Assembly: GCA_036557565.1 (NCBI GenBank)
Contig: DATBHJ010000238.1
Span: 1 to 24,542, forward strand
DNA length: 24,542 nt
Direction: 5' to 3'
DNA from: Gemmataceae bacterium
GTDB taxonomy: Bacteria > Planctomycetota > Planctomycetia > Gemmatales > Gemmataceae
Position 1 is the first letter of the stretch, and every line of letters starts with the position of its first letter. A model generated the notes under the pieces. The model had not been told where the DNA came from, ran no database searches, and saw nothing but the letters and a program-made list of their open reading frames with translations. Below are positions 1 to 8,799 of this stretch, piece by piece. The position numbers were made by a program, and so were the translations under genes.

Positions 1-52
1 CAGCGCAGCGGAGTAAGCGGCAGTGCAGACAATCGCTTACTCCGCTGCGCTG
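1..52. repeat. GC-rich palindrome with 19-bp arms (1-19 / 34-52) and a 14-nt loop; it may continue off the left edge
   Basis: cagcgcagcggagtaagcg and cgcttactccgctgcgctg are exact reverse complements. The element lies downstream of the kinase stop. Confidence 0.8.
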
Positions 53-94
53 CGTGCGCGGCTCGGAAAGAATGCGCTGCGTGCGCAGCTCGGA
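47..94. repeat. Two direct copies of a 21-bp unit, gcgctgcgtgcgcRgctcgga (47-67 and 74-94)
   Basis: Read directly. The copies differ at one position (g/a) and start 27 bp apart. The first copy overlaps the right arm of the 1-52 palindrome. Confidence 0.75.
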
Positions 95-139
95 GCGTCG
101 AGTGGCCTTGGATTCGAGCCACAACTCGGGTTCGTGAAG

Positions 140-1567
140 TCAGCGTGACTGCGTCGTTTTGGGTGCTTGCATCGTCACGCGCTGCCAGAGTTGCTGAAGC
201 TGATTGCCAATGTCGGGCAGATAGATGACGCAGCCGATGCCGATGGCGGCGAAAATGATGAAGAGGATGAACGTGCGCAGCAGCACCTGGAAGTGCATCA
301 TCCACACGCTCGGCGGCATCGCCGGTTCCTGGTGGGCAGATCGCGAGATCATCGACGTCGCCGACGAGGTCGCCGACATCGCAGCGGAATTGGGCGGAAC
401 CGCCGCAGAGCCCCTGCCGCTGTCCGGCGACACGATGAGCGACGTAGCACTGGAGACGCCAGACGACGACTGAGGGACAGGAACAGGGGTGACGACCGGG
501 GCGGAGCCGGCAGCTGGATTGGCAGCAACCAAACGCGCCCACGGCAGCAAAGCGTTCGCTATGGCACCCGGCGTCTGGAAGCGATCATCAGGCTTTTTGG
601 CCAACATGCGATGCACCACAGCGGACATCTCCGGCGGCAGATTCGGATTGTAGCGGGCGACCGGATCGGGCAATTGATTGAGATGCATGACGGCCATCTC
701 GAATGAGCTGGCGGCTTTGAAGGGAGGTCGGCCGGCCAGCATCATGTACAGCGTGCAGCCCAGCGAATAAATGTCGCTGCGTATGTCCACCACACGGCTA
801 TCGCGGGCTTGCTCGGGCGCCATGTATTCCGGCGTGCCCACAATGCAGCCCTCGCGCGTCAAGGTCTCGCCTGTTCCCGCGCCCGCATTCTCCGACACAC
901 TCAGTCGAGCCAGGCCAAAGTCGAGGATCTTCACCAGCGGCGCCTCCGGCCAACCCTGGACGCTGCTGTCGCCCGATCGCGGCCGAGCGCTCGTCACCAT
1001 GAGATTGGCCGGCTTGATATCGCGGTGGACCATGCCGTGCTCGTGGGCGTACTGCAATCCCAGGGCAGCCTGCCGAATGATCTCACACGCCATCGCCACC
1101 GATGGCCGGCCGTAGCGCGAGAGCAGCTGCGCGATATCGCGGCCCTCGATGTACTCCATGACCAGAAACCACAGGCCATCCACCTCGGCGGCATCGTGAG
1201 CGACAACGATGTTGGGATGAATCAGCCGGGCGGCATGGCGCACTTCGCGCTGGAAACGCGCGCGAGCCGAGGATTCCTGCATCAGTTTCGGTGAAATGAT
1301 TTTCAGGGCGACGGTGCGTTCCATGACGGGATGCACCGCCTTGTAGACCTGGCCCATACCGCCGGCCCCGAGGCGTTCGAGGATGCGATAATGCCCAAGC
1401 ATTCGCCCCGGGGCGAGCATCTCGAAAGATTCCTGGCTGCTCGACAGCGGCACATCGGGAGCCGTGGCGGACGACTCACCCGGCCTGCCCTCAAAGGCTT
1501 CGGTCGGCTTCGTCGGTGGAATTGAATCTTGGAGGAGATCTTTCTGTTTCTGCTCGCTCGATGCCAT
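140..1567 (-). CDS. Membrane-anchored Hanks-type Ser/Thr protein kinase
   Basis: Kinase motifs are VALK, HRDIKPANLM, DFGLAR and GTPEYMAPE. A Ser/Pro-rich linker is followed by one C-terminal TM helix (FILFIIFAAIGIGCVIYL). I prefer the ATG at 1567, which has GGAG 7 nt upstream; the ORF-track start at 1609 is a GTG. Confidence 0.9.
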   Translation of the reverse strand: MASSEQKQKDLLQDSIPPTKPTEAFEGRPGESSATAPDVPLSSSQESFEMLAPGRMLGHYRILERLGAGGMGQVYKAVHPVMERTVALKIISPKLMQESSARARFQREVRHAARLIHPNIVVAHDAAEVDGLWFLVMEYIEGRDIAQLLSRYGRPSVAMACEIIRQAALGLQYAHEHGMVHRDIKPANLMVTSARPRSGDSSVQGWPEAPLVKILDFGLARLSVSENAGAGTGETLTREGCIVGTPEYMAPEQARDSRVVDIRSDIYSLGCTLYMMLAGRPPFKAASSFEMAVMHLNQLPDPVARYNPNLPPEMSAVVHRMLAKKPDDRFQTPGAIANALLPWARLVAANPAAGSAPVVTPVPVPQSSSGVSSATSLIVSPDSGRGSAAVPPNSAAMSATSSATSMISRSAHQEPAMPPSVWMMHFQVLLRTFILFIIFAAIGIGCVIYLPDIGNQLQQLWQRVTMQAPKTTQSR

Positions 1568-1742
1568 CTCGTAACTCCACGTCCTTCGACCCGGCGCAAC
1601 GCTCCTCACCTCTGAAGGCGTCCGCCCCGTCTACGTAGTATACGCGAACCGGAGCGTCAATGCTCGCTCAATTCGTCTCATTTCGGGTAATATTAGAGAT
1701 AGAGAAAAGTCGAGGGCGCGGCCGGTCGGCGCGCAAACATAC

Positions 1743-1896
1743 AAGAGAGTTACGATGAATCACACGAATAAACACGAATAAAAATCAGAGCCTGAAGCGT
1801 AAGCGAAGGAATGGCAACCCTAGCTCACGCTGCAGGTTCTGTATTCTTTTTTGGTCTTTTATTCGTGTTATTCGTGTGATTCGTGGTGACTCTCTT
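1743..1896. repeat. CACGAAT-heptamer palindromic element, gene-less copy A (about 154 bp hairpin)
   Basis: The outer ends aagagagt (1743-1750) and actctctt (1889-1896) are complementary. The left arm carries GATGAAT/CACGAAT/CACGAAT at 1754, 1763 and 1773. The right arm carries ATTCGTG at 1861, 1870 and 1879 (9-bp period). A nested imperfect inner hairpin pairs cctgaagcgtaagc with gctcacgctgcagg. The right end overlaps the stop codon (1895-1897) of the oxidoreductase gene. Confidence 0.85.
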
Positions 1897-2971
1897 ACTC
1901 TTCCTCGCTCAAGGGGAGCGTAACCGCAATGCCGGTGCGAGCGCTGCGGGCGACCGCCTCGGTGAACTCCATGTACGCCACGCCCGTGTCAAAGCTGGTC
2001 AGCTGCACAGGCGTTCCCAGGCGGATCGAGTCCACGAAATCCGCCTCGACCTGCCAGCCGCGCGCCTTCTCCTTGGGAATGGGGATTTCCCGCAGCGATT
2101 CGGCGGGCGCTGGTGCGGCGCCGTACGTACGGCTGACACCGAGAATGCGATCGTCGAGCAAGTCATAATAAAGGACTCCCTCGGTGCCATATAACTGGAT
2201 GGCGGCTCCCTGGCCGAATGGCGTCACCCCGCTGAAGTGGTAACTGGTACGAGCGCCATTGGTCAATACGCTAAGCACCTGCACGCTGTCCGGCGTGCCC
2301 ACCGGCCGGCGCACGCCGCTCTCCGGATCGATGCGTTCGAGAGTGAAAGCGTGCGCCTGGGCCAACACCCGCAATGGTGGCGGCACCCAGCGCAACAGCG
2401 TCTCATGAACTATGCCCAGAGTCAGCATGTTGACGCCCGACAAGGCCGCGTCTTGCCGCCACGATAACGGAGAGACCGGGTCCGCCAGGGCGCCATTGCG
2501 ACTGTAAACATGGACTTCGCGCAGCTCGCCGATGAAGCCTTCCCGAATCAGCTCGCGCATGACTGTGTCGCCTTTGAGTCCGTAGGGACTGGGCACAATT
2601 TGGCAGACCAGGCGAGGATGACGCCGCGCCGCGGCAAGCATCTCATGCGCCTCCGCCGCATCCATGCTCATGCGCGCCTCGGTCAAGACGTGCTTGCCGG
2701 CATGCAGGGCGGCCAGGGTGATAGGACAGTGCAGATACGGCCAGGTGCCGATGACCACGGCGTTAATGTCCGGGTCGGCGATCAGGTCTTCCCAGCGTTC
2801 GTAGGTATGTGGGATGTTGAACTCGCGGGCCACGGCAACCGTCGAGGCTTGCCGGCGATTGCACACGGCCGCGATTTCCACGTCGCTCAGCGCTTGCAGG
2901 CCCGGCAGGTGACGCAAACGAGTGTTGGCGCCGGCACCGATCAGACCGACGCGCAGGATGCGATGTGCCAT
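1895..2971 (-). CDS. Gfo/Idh/MocA family NAD(P)-dependent oxidoreductase
   Basis: The N-terminal Rossmann motif is RVGLIGAGANTRLRHLPGL. The length of 358 aa and overall layout are typical of the family. The start is an ATG at 2971. Confidence 0.8.
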   Translation of the reverse strand: MAHRILRVGLIGAGANTRLRHLPGLQALSDVEIAAVCNRRQASTVAVAREFNIPHTYERWEDLIADPDINAVVIGTWPYLHCPITLAALHAGKHVLTEARMSMDAAEAHEMLAAARRHPRLVCQIVPSPYGLKGDTVMRELIREGFIGELREVHVYSRNGALADPVSPLSWRQDAALSGVNMLTLGIVHETLLRWVPPPLRVLAQAHAFTLERIDPESGVRRPVGTPDSVQVLSVLTNGARTSYHFSGVTPFGQGAAIQLYGTEGVLYYDLLDDRILGVSRTYGAAPAPAESLREIPIPKEKARGWQVEADFVDSIRLGTPVQLTSFDTGVAYMEFTEAVARSARTGIAVTLPLSEEE

Positions 2972-3039
2972 GCTGTCCCCCTTTCGCCCGTAGTCGTCGG
3001 GTGGCCTCGCTCTGCTCGACCCACCCTACAATCTATGAA

Positions 3040-3900
3040 TTACGGACGAAAGGAAATCAGCTTGAACAGCTTGTCGGTGGCGCTGGGTTTTTTGGCCAGC
3101 GCCTCCTGGCCGGACTTGTGCAAGAACTCGCTCCACGCCTCGGCATTGGCCGGCAGTTCCTGTCCCGTGATTTCGCGCAGCGATTCCGTCGCCCGATTGC
3201 GCAGAGCTATGTCCTGTTCGGTGCGCAACACCGAGACCAGCGCGTCAGCAGCCTGGTACTGCCGGAAATGCGCCAGGGCACGGGCGGCGTAGATGCGTTG
3301 ATTGAGGTCGTTCTGCTTGTCTCCCGACGGCCCCGTCCCCGGCGGCGCCTTGAGGATGCGCACCAGCAGATCGACGGCGGCCGGATTGCCGTTAACGCCG
3401 AGCGCTTGCAACGACTGCTCCTGAATGGTTTCCATCGCATCCGGCCGATCCCGCTGGAAATAGGAAGCGCGCTCGTAAGAGTCCATCAGCGCCTGGGCGG
3501 CGCGCGGATCCTTGAAGTGCTGCAGCGACGAGATAGCGGCCAACCGGCACAACGGCTGCGGATCGCTGGTAGCGCTCTGGACCAGCAGCTTGACGATCAC
3601 GTCTTGCTGTTGTTGGTTGCCGCCGTGTTGCAGCGGCTCGGTCAGCGAACCTAACGCTTTGCTTTTCTTGTCGCCGTCAGTGCTGTTGCGAATGACCCAC
3701 AGCGGATCGGGCGCGGGCTTGAACATATCCTTGAACTTGAAATCGCGGCTGGTGACTTCGTCCCAGAACCCCGCGCAGCCGCTGAGAGCGCAGACAGCCA
3801 ATACGGAATGCAAGACACCAGCCCGCAGCGTCCGCAAGGGCGCCCCTTGCGGACGCTGCGGGCTGGTGTTCTGATTTCCGCATTGTTGACGCAGCTGCAC
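3040..3900 (-). CDS. HEAT-repeat lipoprotein
   Basis: A lipobox (LAVCALSGC) follows an Arg-rich n-region. HEAT/PBS-lyase-like repeats include AAISSLQHFKDPRAAQALM, SLQALGVNGNPAAVDLLV and AARALAHFRQYQAADALV. I chose the GTG at 3900 because GGGAGGG lies 6 nt upstream. The ORF-track start at 4128 would add about 75 residues with no signal-peptide logic. Confidence 0.6.
   Translation of the reverse strand: MQLRQQCGNQNTSPQRPQGAPLRTLRAGVLHSVLAVCALSGCAGFWDEVTSRDFKFKDMFKPAPDPLWVIRNSTDGDKKSKALGSLTEPLQHGGNQQQQDVIVKLLVQSATSDPQPLCRLAAISSLQHFKDPRAAQALMDSYERASYFQRDRPDAMETIQEQSLQALGVNGNPAAVDLLVRILKAPPGTGPSGDKQNDLNQRIYAARALAHFRQYQAADALVSVLRTEQDIALRNRATESLREITGQELPANAEAWSEFLHKSGQEALAKKPSATDKLFKLISFRP
3815..3869. 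repeat. Perfect palindrome with 26-bp arms (3815-3840 / 3844-3869) and a 3-nt centre (cgc)
   Basis: acaccagcccgcagcgtccgcaaggg cgc cccttgcggacgctgcgggctggtgt; the arms are exact reverse complements. It lies inside the proposed 5' coding end of the HEAT lipoprotein gene. Confidence 0.9.
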
Positions 3901-4104
3901 AGATTCCCTCCCTTTCCCCCTCTCGCTCCGCGGCGTCGTCCGCTTCGGCGCAGCGCGAAACACTACGGCGAAGACATCGCGCAGTCCCAGCCAGGGAAGC
4001 AGGAGGCAGGGATATAACGCTTGGACACCAACGCTACAAGAGCAAATGCACCCGAGGACTGTGAGCGCTATAGAATGAAGGAGACGATTACAAGGAGACC
4101 TACT

Positions 4105-4356
4105 ATGCAAACGATTCGCTTGCTCCAAAAAACGGACAAGGACGGCACATTGTCCCTGCGAATTCCGTTATCTCAGCCGGACAGCGAGTTCGAGGTGGTC
4201 GTCGTCATACAGCCAAAGTTGCCCGCTAATGGCACGACGCCGCCTACCTCTGTCGATCCCTGGGAGCGGGCCGATACTATTCGCCAGCGCCTCGCTGCTA
4301 CGGGACGCGATTTCAGCGATAGCGCTCAGCTGATCCGCGAGGACCGCGACCGATGA
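4105..4356 (+). CDS. Type II antitoxin, the VapB-like partner of the downstream PIN toxin
   Basis: This is an 83-aa ORF with AAGGAG 7 nt upstream of the ATG at 4105. Its stop overlaps the toxin start (ATGA at 4353-4356). The ORF-track start at 4021 is an in-frame extension. Confidence 0.6.
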   Translation: MQTIRLLQKTDKDGTLSLRIPLSQPDSEFEVVVVIQPKLPANGTTPPTSVDPWERADTIRQRLAATGRDFSDSAQLIREDRDR

Positions 4357-4778
4357 CGGTTTACGTGGTCGATTCCAGCGTGGCCATCAAGTGGTACGTC
4401 CCAGAAGTGCGTCAAGCCGAAGCGATTCGACTCCGCGCCAGTGGCGCCGCTCTACACGCTCCGGACTTTCTCAACGTTGAAGTGGCGGCCATCCTCTGGA
4501 AGAAACTTCGCAAAGCCGAGCTGACGCGGTCGGATGCCGATGACATCCTGAACGATCTTATTAGTCTCGCAACAGTTACCCGGCATCCATCTAGCCCGCT
4601 CGTTCCATCCGCGTTCGATCTTGCTAACCGCAGCGGACGAACCGTCTACGATTGCTTGTACCTCGCTCTGGCGGTTCAGCTTAGTGGCCAGATGGTCACG
4701 GAGGACGAAAAACTCGTGAATTCGCTTGTGGGCTCCTCGTGGTCCGCGCATATCATCAAGCTCCAGGACGTACCGTGA
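4353..4778 (+). CDS. vapC: PIN-domain ribonuclease toxin (VapC family)
   Basis: The conserved acidic positions of a PIN fold are present: VVDSSV (N-terminal Asp), NVEVAA, YDCLYLALA and VTEDEKL. The 141-aa length and 4-nt overlap with the upstream small gene also fit. Confidence 0.8.
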   Translation: MTVYVVDSSVAIKWYVPEVRQAEAIRLRASGAALHAPDFLNVEVAAILWKKLRKAELTRSDADDILNDLISLATVTRHPSSPLVPSAFDLANRSGRTVYDCLYLALAVQLSGQMVTEDEKLVNSLVGSSWSAHIIKLQDVP

Positions 4779-4805
4779 ATCCGGCACGTTTTCTCACCCC
4801 TGACT

Positions 4806-5030
4806 TCAGCCCTTGGTTCGGCGACCCTTGGGTCTCTTAGCCTTGATGTCGGAAACGATCTGGTCTAAGGATAAATCATCGAGCCATTGACTGCGTTCCT
4901 TGGTGTAATCTCCAGAGCCGGCACGGAATTGGCTGAGGAACCGGAGTGCATCCACAACTCCCATTTCACGAATCAAAATGGCCGTAGCCTGTTCGGTAAT
5001 CTCAGCTAAGGGGCGCATGGGTGCGGTCAT
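4806..5030 (-). CDS. Small conserved hypothetical protein (74 aa, basic C-terminal tail)
   Basis: This is an ATG-initiated ORF with GGAGGAG 5 nt upstream. It lies 54 nt downstream of the DUF4261-like gene on the same strand. I recognise no motif. Confidence 0.5.
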   Translation of the reverse strand: MTAPMRPLAEITEQATAILIREMGVVDALRFLSQFRAGSGDYTKERSQWLDDLSLDQIVSDIKAKRPKGRRTKG

Positions 5031-5084
5031 GGCATCTCCTCCGATTATCCTGACTTTCTTTTTCCTTTCCCGGTGCCAACCAAT

Positions 5085-5900
5085 TCACGGCACGAGACGA
5101 ATGACCTTTCCAGAGTGCCCGAAGTTCGACGGGCAGTGCTGGATACGAATCTGCTGCTCGGCTGTCATTCCGATGGTTTGCCCGTGTTTGAGCACAGGGC
5201 CATTTTCCAGCAGATAGTACATGATGTTGAGGAGCCATTCGCGCAGCTCGCCAGGCTCCATATCGATGCTCAGAATCTCGATCTCCATGTGGCCGAGGGC
5301 CGACAGACCGGTCGTAAACAAGCCGGTCGTCCCATTGCGGTTGCGGAAAGCTCGGAGATCGACCCAGAGGTACAGCGGCGGCGCCTCGGGCGAGTCGATT
5401 TGCTCGGCCATGCTGACGAACACCGGCGGATAGTGGACTAACGTGGCTCCTGGCCAGTAGACCGCCATCACACCAGGTTGCTTGGCGGCGAGGGCAGTGA
5501 CGGCCGTGAGTATTAGCCGGCGCCGGACCGGGTCAGCGGCGCCGCCCGTCATCGTGACGAGCAGATGCGAGCGATGCCGCTTGACGTTTTCAATGGGCGG
5601 CTGCGGCGGCCACATCCACGAAGTGGCAATAGGCCCTTCGAGGTCTTTTGCCGGGTACGGGGCCGGCATCAAGGCCAACGCAAGAAGCTCATCGCCGACG
5701 TCAAAGCTGAACACGCCTCTGTCACTACGTTTGATCCCTGATGCGCGTTTGCCCGCGATCCGCGTCTTGGCAACTTCCTTCAGGAATGCATCGACAGGGA
5801 ATGACTCTCCTTCCAGCAACAGGGCGCTGATGACCGGCCCACCGGCTTCCAGCTTATCCTCGGATGAATTGGCCTGCATTTTCTTGAAGAAACCGAACAT
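5085..5900 (-). CDS. DUF4261-like protein
   Basis: The C-terminal segment TTGLSALGHMEIEILSIDMEPGELREWLLNIMYYLLENGPVLKHGQTIG resembles my recollection of the DUF4261 domain; this has not been checked against an HMM. I prefer the start at MFGFFKK (5900), with 5921 as an alternative. Confidence 0.45.
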   Translation of the reverse strand: MFGFFKKMQANSSEDKLEAGGPVISALLLEGESFPVDAFLKEVAKTRIAGKRASGIKRSDRGVFSFDVGDELLALALMPAPYPAKDLEGPIATSWMWPPQPPIENVKRHRSHLLVTMTGGAADPVRRRLILTAVTALAAKQPGVMAVYWPGATLVHYPPVFVSMAEQIDSPEAPPLYLWVDLRAFRNRNGTTGLFTTGLSALGHMEIEILSIDMEPGELREWLLNIMYYLLENGPVLKHGQTIGMTAEQQIRIQHCPSNFGHSGKVIRLVP

Positions 5901-6061
5901 CTCACATCTCACAGACCCCATCCACGAGGGTGTTTGCGGCCGAATGACCCAGCTCAGCAGCAGAGGTCGCGCTGTGAGCCAATCAGCTACAAGGGCCGAT
6001 TATAGCGCGCACCGGTCAGGCAGCAAACGTATAAAGGGAGAAAATGCAGAGGGGGCAGAAG

Positions 6062-8794
6062 TTACTCACCCTTGCTGGCGCTGCGCGCCGGGGTCCCAGC
6101 GAGTTCTTGCCGCCATTCATCGATCAGCGACGCCACCAGCGCCGTCCATCCCGTCTGATGGCTCGCCCCCAGGCCGGCCCCGTTGTCGGCGTGGAAGTAT
6201 TCGTAAAACAAGAGCAAGTCGCGCCAGTGCGGGTCTTGCTGGAAAGGGGCTTCCCCGCCATACACGGGTCGGCGGCCCTCCTCGTCGCGCGTGAAGATGC
6301 GGATGAGGCGATCGGCGATCTCGCGGGCCATTTGCTGGAACGTGAGCGGCTTGCCGTTCGAGGCCGGCGTGGCCACAGCGAAGGAGGGGCCGAACGCCGT
6401 ACCTAGCTTGCGCAAAGACTCGATCAGCAAAAATGTCGTCGGAAACCAGATCGGCCCACGCCAGTTCGAGTTGCCGCCCTTGATCTTCGACACGCTCTCG
6501 GCCGGCTCGTAACCCACGGTGGTGCCGTCGAAGACGAACGGCTCCTCCAGGTGTGCCCGCGACAGGCTGCGGACGCCATAGGGCGATAAGAACTCGTTTT
6601 CGTCGAAAAGGCGTTCCATGATACGGCGCAGCTGCTTGTCGTCGAGGATGGTGAGGACGTAGGTTTTGTTCTCTCCTTCGCCAACCTCGTGAACAACCTC
6701 ACGCACCAAGTCAGGGCGGTTGCGCAAAAACCAGTGGAAGGCGCCGCGGAACTCCTGGAACGGTTTGATCCAGCCGGTTTCCAGGCGCTCGATGGCGAAC
6801 AGCGGGATGAGTCCGACCAGCGAGCGCAGGCGAAACTTGCGGAAACCTCCGTCGGGATAACGCAACACGTCGTAGAAAAAGCCGTCTTCCTCGTCCCATA
6901 GTTGAAAGGGGCGGTTGCCCATGTGTTTCATGGCAGCGGCGACATAGGCGTAATGCTCGAAGAATTTGATGGCCATTGACTCGTAGATGGGATTCTCCTT
7001 GGCCAACTCCAGGGAGATGCGCATAAGGTTCAGACAAAACATGCCCACGTAGCCGGTAGCGTCGGACTGCTCAAGCACGGCGCCGTCGCCGCAGCTCATG
7101 CTGCGATCGACCACGGTGATGTTATCCATGCCCAGGAAGCCGCCCTCGAAGATGTTATTGCCCTCGCGGTCAACCTTGTTGACCCACCAGGCGAAATTAA
7201 TGAGCAACTTGTGAAAGCAGCGTTCCAGAAAGGGCCGATCAGCCCGGCCGCTGCGAATGCGATCCATGTTGTAGACACGCCAGACGGCCCAGGCATGAAC
7301 CGGAGGATTCAGGTCGGAAAACTCCCATTCATAAGCCGGGATTTGCCCATTGGGATGCTGGAACTGCTCGAACAACAACCAATACAACTGGTCCTTGGCG
7401 AACTGCGGATCGATCACGGCAAGAGGGATGCACTGAAACGCGAGATCCCAGGCGGCAAACCAGGGATACTCCCATTTGTCTGGCATAATGAGCACGCGCA
7501 AGGAATTCAGGTGCCGCCAGTGCTGATTGCGGATGTGCAGGCGCGACGGCGGCGGCGCCGGCAGACCCGGATCGCCATTGAGCCAGAGATTCACGTCGAA
7601 GATATAGTTCTGTTTGTTCCACAACAGGCCGGCGAAGGCGCGGCGCTGAACCTCCCGTTCCTCGGCGGTGGCGCGCGGCGGATGAAGGGCAGCGTAGAAC
7701 TCGTCGGCTTCCGCCTTGCGGCGGGCGATCACAGCATCCACTTCTTCCAACGGCGACGACAACCCCGAGTCATCGCTCAGACGCAGACGTAGCACGACAG
7801 AGCCAGCGGGAGGAACAGCGGGAAAACGATAATGCAGAGCGGCCTTGGTGCCTTCTCGCTGGGGATTGAGGCAATCTTCACCATGGATGATGTGGCGATG
7901 GAAGGCGTCCTTGACGTAAGGCCGGCGACTCTTGTTGCCCGGACCATAGACACGAGGGCCATTCGTCTCGTTGAAGGTGAACAGCACGCGTCCACCCGGG
8001 GGCGCATACAAGATGCGCTGTCCCAAACGATAAGACACGGGAATATGTGTCATCGTTTCGACGGCGGAATCATCGGTGACGAGACTGACGAAACCAGGCC
8101 CGCTGAGGCCAGGACGAATGCTCGGCTCCGGCGTCAGGTGCAACGTCCAGGCGTTGGGGCCGCGCGCCCAGATGTTGCGAAACCACAAGTGCGGCAGCAG
8201 GTGCAGCGGCGCCGCCGCGGGGCCGCGATTAAACGCCTCGATGCGAATGCAATAATCTTCCGGCGTCGCCTTGGCATATTCGATGACGATGTCGAAATAG
8301 CGATTGTCGTTGAAGATGCCGGTGTCGAGCAGCTCAAACTCGAATCCCTGGCCCTTGCGACGGTGGTTCTCGGCGATCAGCCAGTCATAGGGGAACTCGC
8401 TCTGCGGATACTTGTAGAGATACCTCATGTACGAATGCGTCGGCGTATTATCGACGTGAAAATAATACTCCTTCACGTCCTCGCCGTGATTGCCCTCGTC
8501 CGGGGTCAGGCCGAACAGCCTTTCCTTCAATATGGGATCGCGTTCGTTCCAGAAAGCGGGAGCAAAACAAAGAAGCTGATAGCGATCGCAAATGCCGGCA
8601 ATGGCATCCTCGCCCCAGCGATAGGCTTTGCTGCGAGACAGGTCGTGGGTCAGATAGTTCCACACGTCGCCGTCCGCGCTGTAATCTTCGCGGACAGTGC
8701 CCCAGGAGCGCTCGCTGACATACGGTCCCCAGCGGCGCCAGCCGCTGTTATCGTCGTGTATTTCCTGCAGGCGCTCGTGTTCGCGTGTGTTCAT
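6062..8794 (-). CDS. GH63-like (MGH1-like / glucosidase family) glycoside hydrolase
   Basis: The N-terminus [24 protein letters not shown]...[14 protein letters not shown]...[24 protein letters not shown] is typical of the roughly 900-aa bacterial glucosidase family. The C-terminal (alpha/alpha)6-type region contains [16 protein letters not shown] take the start as the ATG at 8794 (MNTREHE); the 21 upstream codons of the ORF track translate the repeat arm. Confidence 0.8.
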   Translation of the reverse strand: MNTREHERLQEIHDDNSGWRRWGPYVSERSWGTVREDYSADGDVWNYLTHDLSRSKAYRWGEDAIAGICDRYQLLCFAPAFWNERDPILKERLFGLTPDEGNHGEDVKEYYFHVDNTPTHSYMRYLYKYPQSEFPYDWLIAENHRRKGQGFEFELLDTGIFNDNRYFDIVIEYAKATPEDYCIRIEAFNRGPAAAPLHLLPHLWFRNIWARGPNAWTLHLTPEPSIRPGLSGPGFVSLVTDDSAVETMTHIPVSYRLGQRILYAPPGGRVLFTFNETNGPRVYGPGNKSRRPYVKDAFHRHIIHGEDCLNPQREGTKAALHYRFPAVPPAGSVVLRLRLSDDSGLSSPLEEVDAVIARRKAEADEFYAALHPPRATAEEREVQRRAFAGLLWNKQNYIFDVNLWLNGDPGLPAPPPSRLHIRNQHWRHLNSLRVLIMPDKWEYPWFAAWDLAFQCIPLAVIDPQFAKDQLYWLLFEQFQHPNGQIPAYEWEFSDLNPPVHAWAVWRVYNMDRIRSGRADRPFLERCFHKLLINFAWWVNKVDREGNNIFEGGFLGMDNITVVDRSMSCGDGAVLEQSDATGYVGMFCLNLMRISLELAKENPIYESMAIKFFEHYAYVAAAMKHMGNRPFQLWDEEDGFFYDVLRYPDGGFRKFRLRSLVGLIPLFAIERLETGWIKPFQEFRGAFHWFLRNRPDLVREVVHEVGEGENKTYVLTILDDKQLRRIMERLFDENEFLSPYGVRSLSRAHLEEPFVFDGTTVGYEPAESVSKIKGGNSNWRGPIWFPTTFLLIESLRKLGTAFGPSFAVATPASNGKPLTFQQMAREIADRLIRIFTRDEEGRRPVYGGEAPFQQDPHWRDLLLFYEYFHADNGAGLGASHQTGWTALVASLIDEWRQELAGTPARSASKGE

Positions 8795-8799
8795 TCTCA

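Noticed and set aside
1610-1742. Intergenic regions (also 5922-6061, 10743-10872, 14270-14441) inspected for tRNA, riboswitch or other small RNA genes.
   Set aside because: I could find no cloverleaf-compatible arms or recognisable conserved riboswitch cores by eye. This is not a definitive exclusion without tRNAscan or Infernal.
1743-1896. The phased CACGAAT repeats considered as a CRISPR array or tandem satellite.
   Set aside because: The units are only 7 nt with 2-3 nt between them, limited to three per arm, and arranged as inverted arms. There is no repeat-spacer organisation and no cas genes.
3901-4128. The ORF-track start (ATG at 4128) for the HEAT lipoprotein.
   Set aside because: It would add about 75 residues that are Cys/Leu-rich with no signal-peptide logic, and it would overlap the VapB-like start region. 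The GTG at 3900 has a strong SD and yields a plausible lipoprotein signal.
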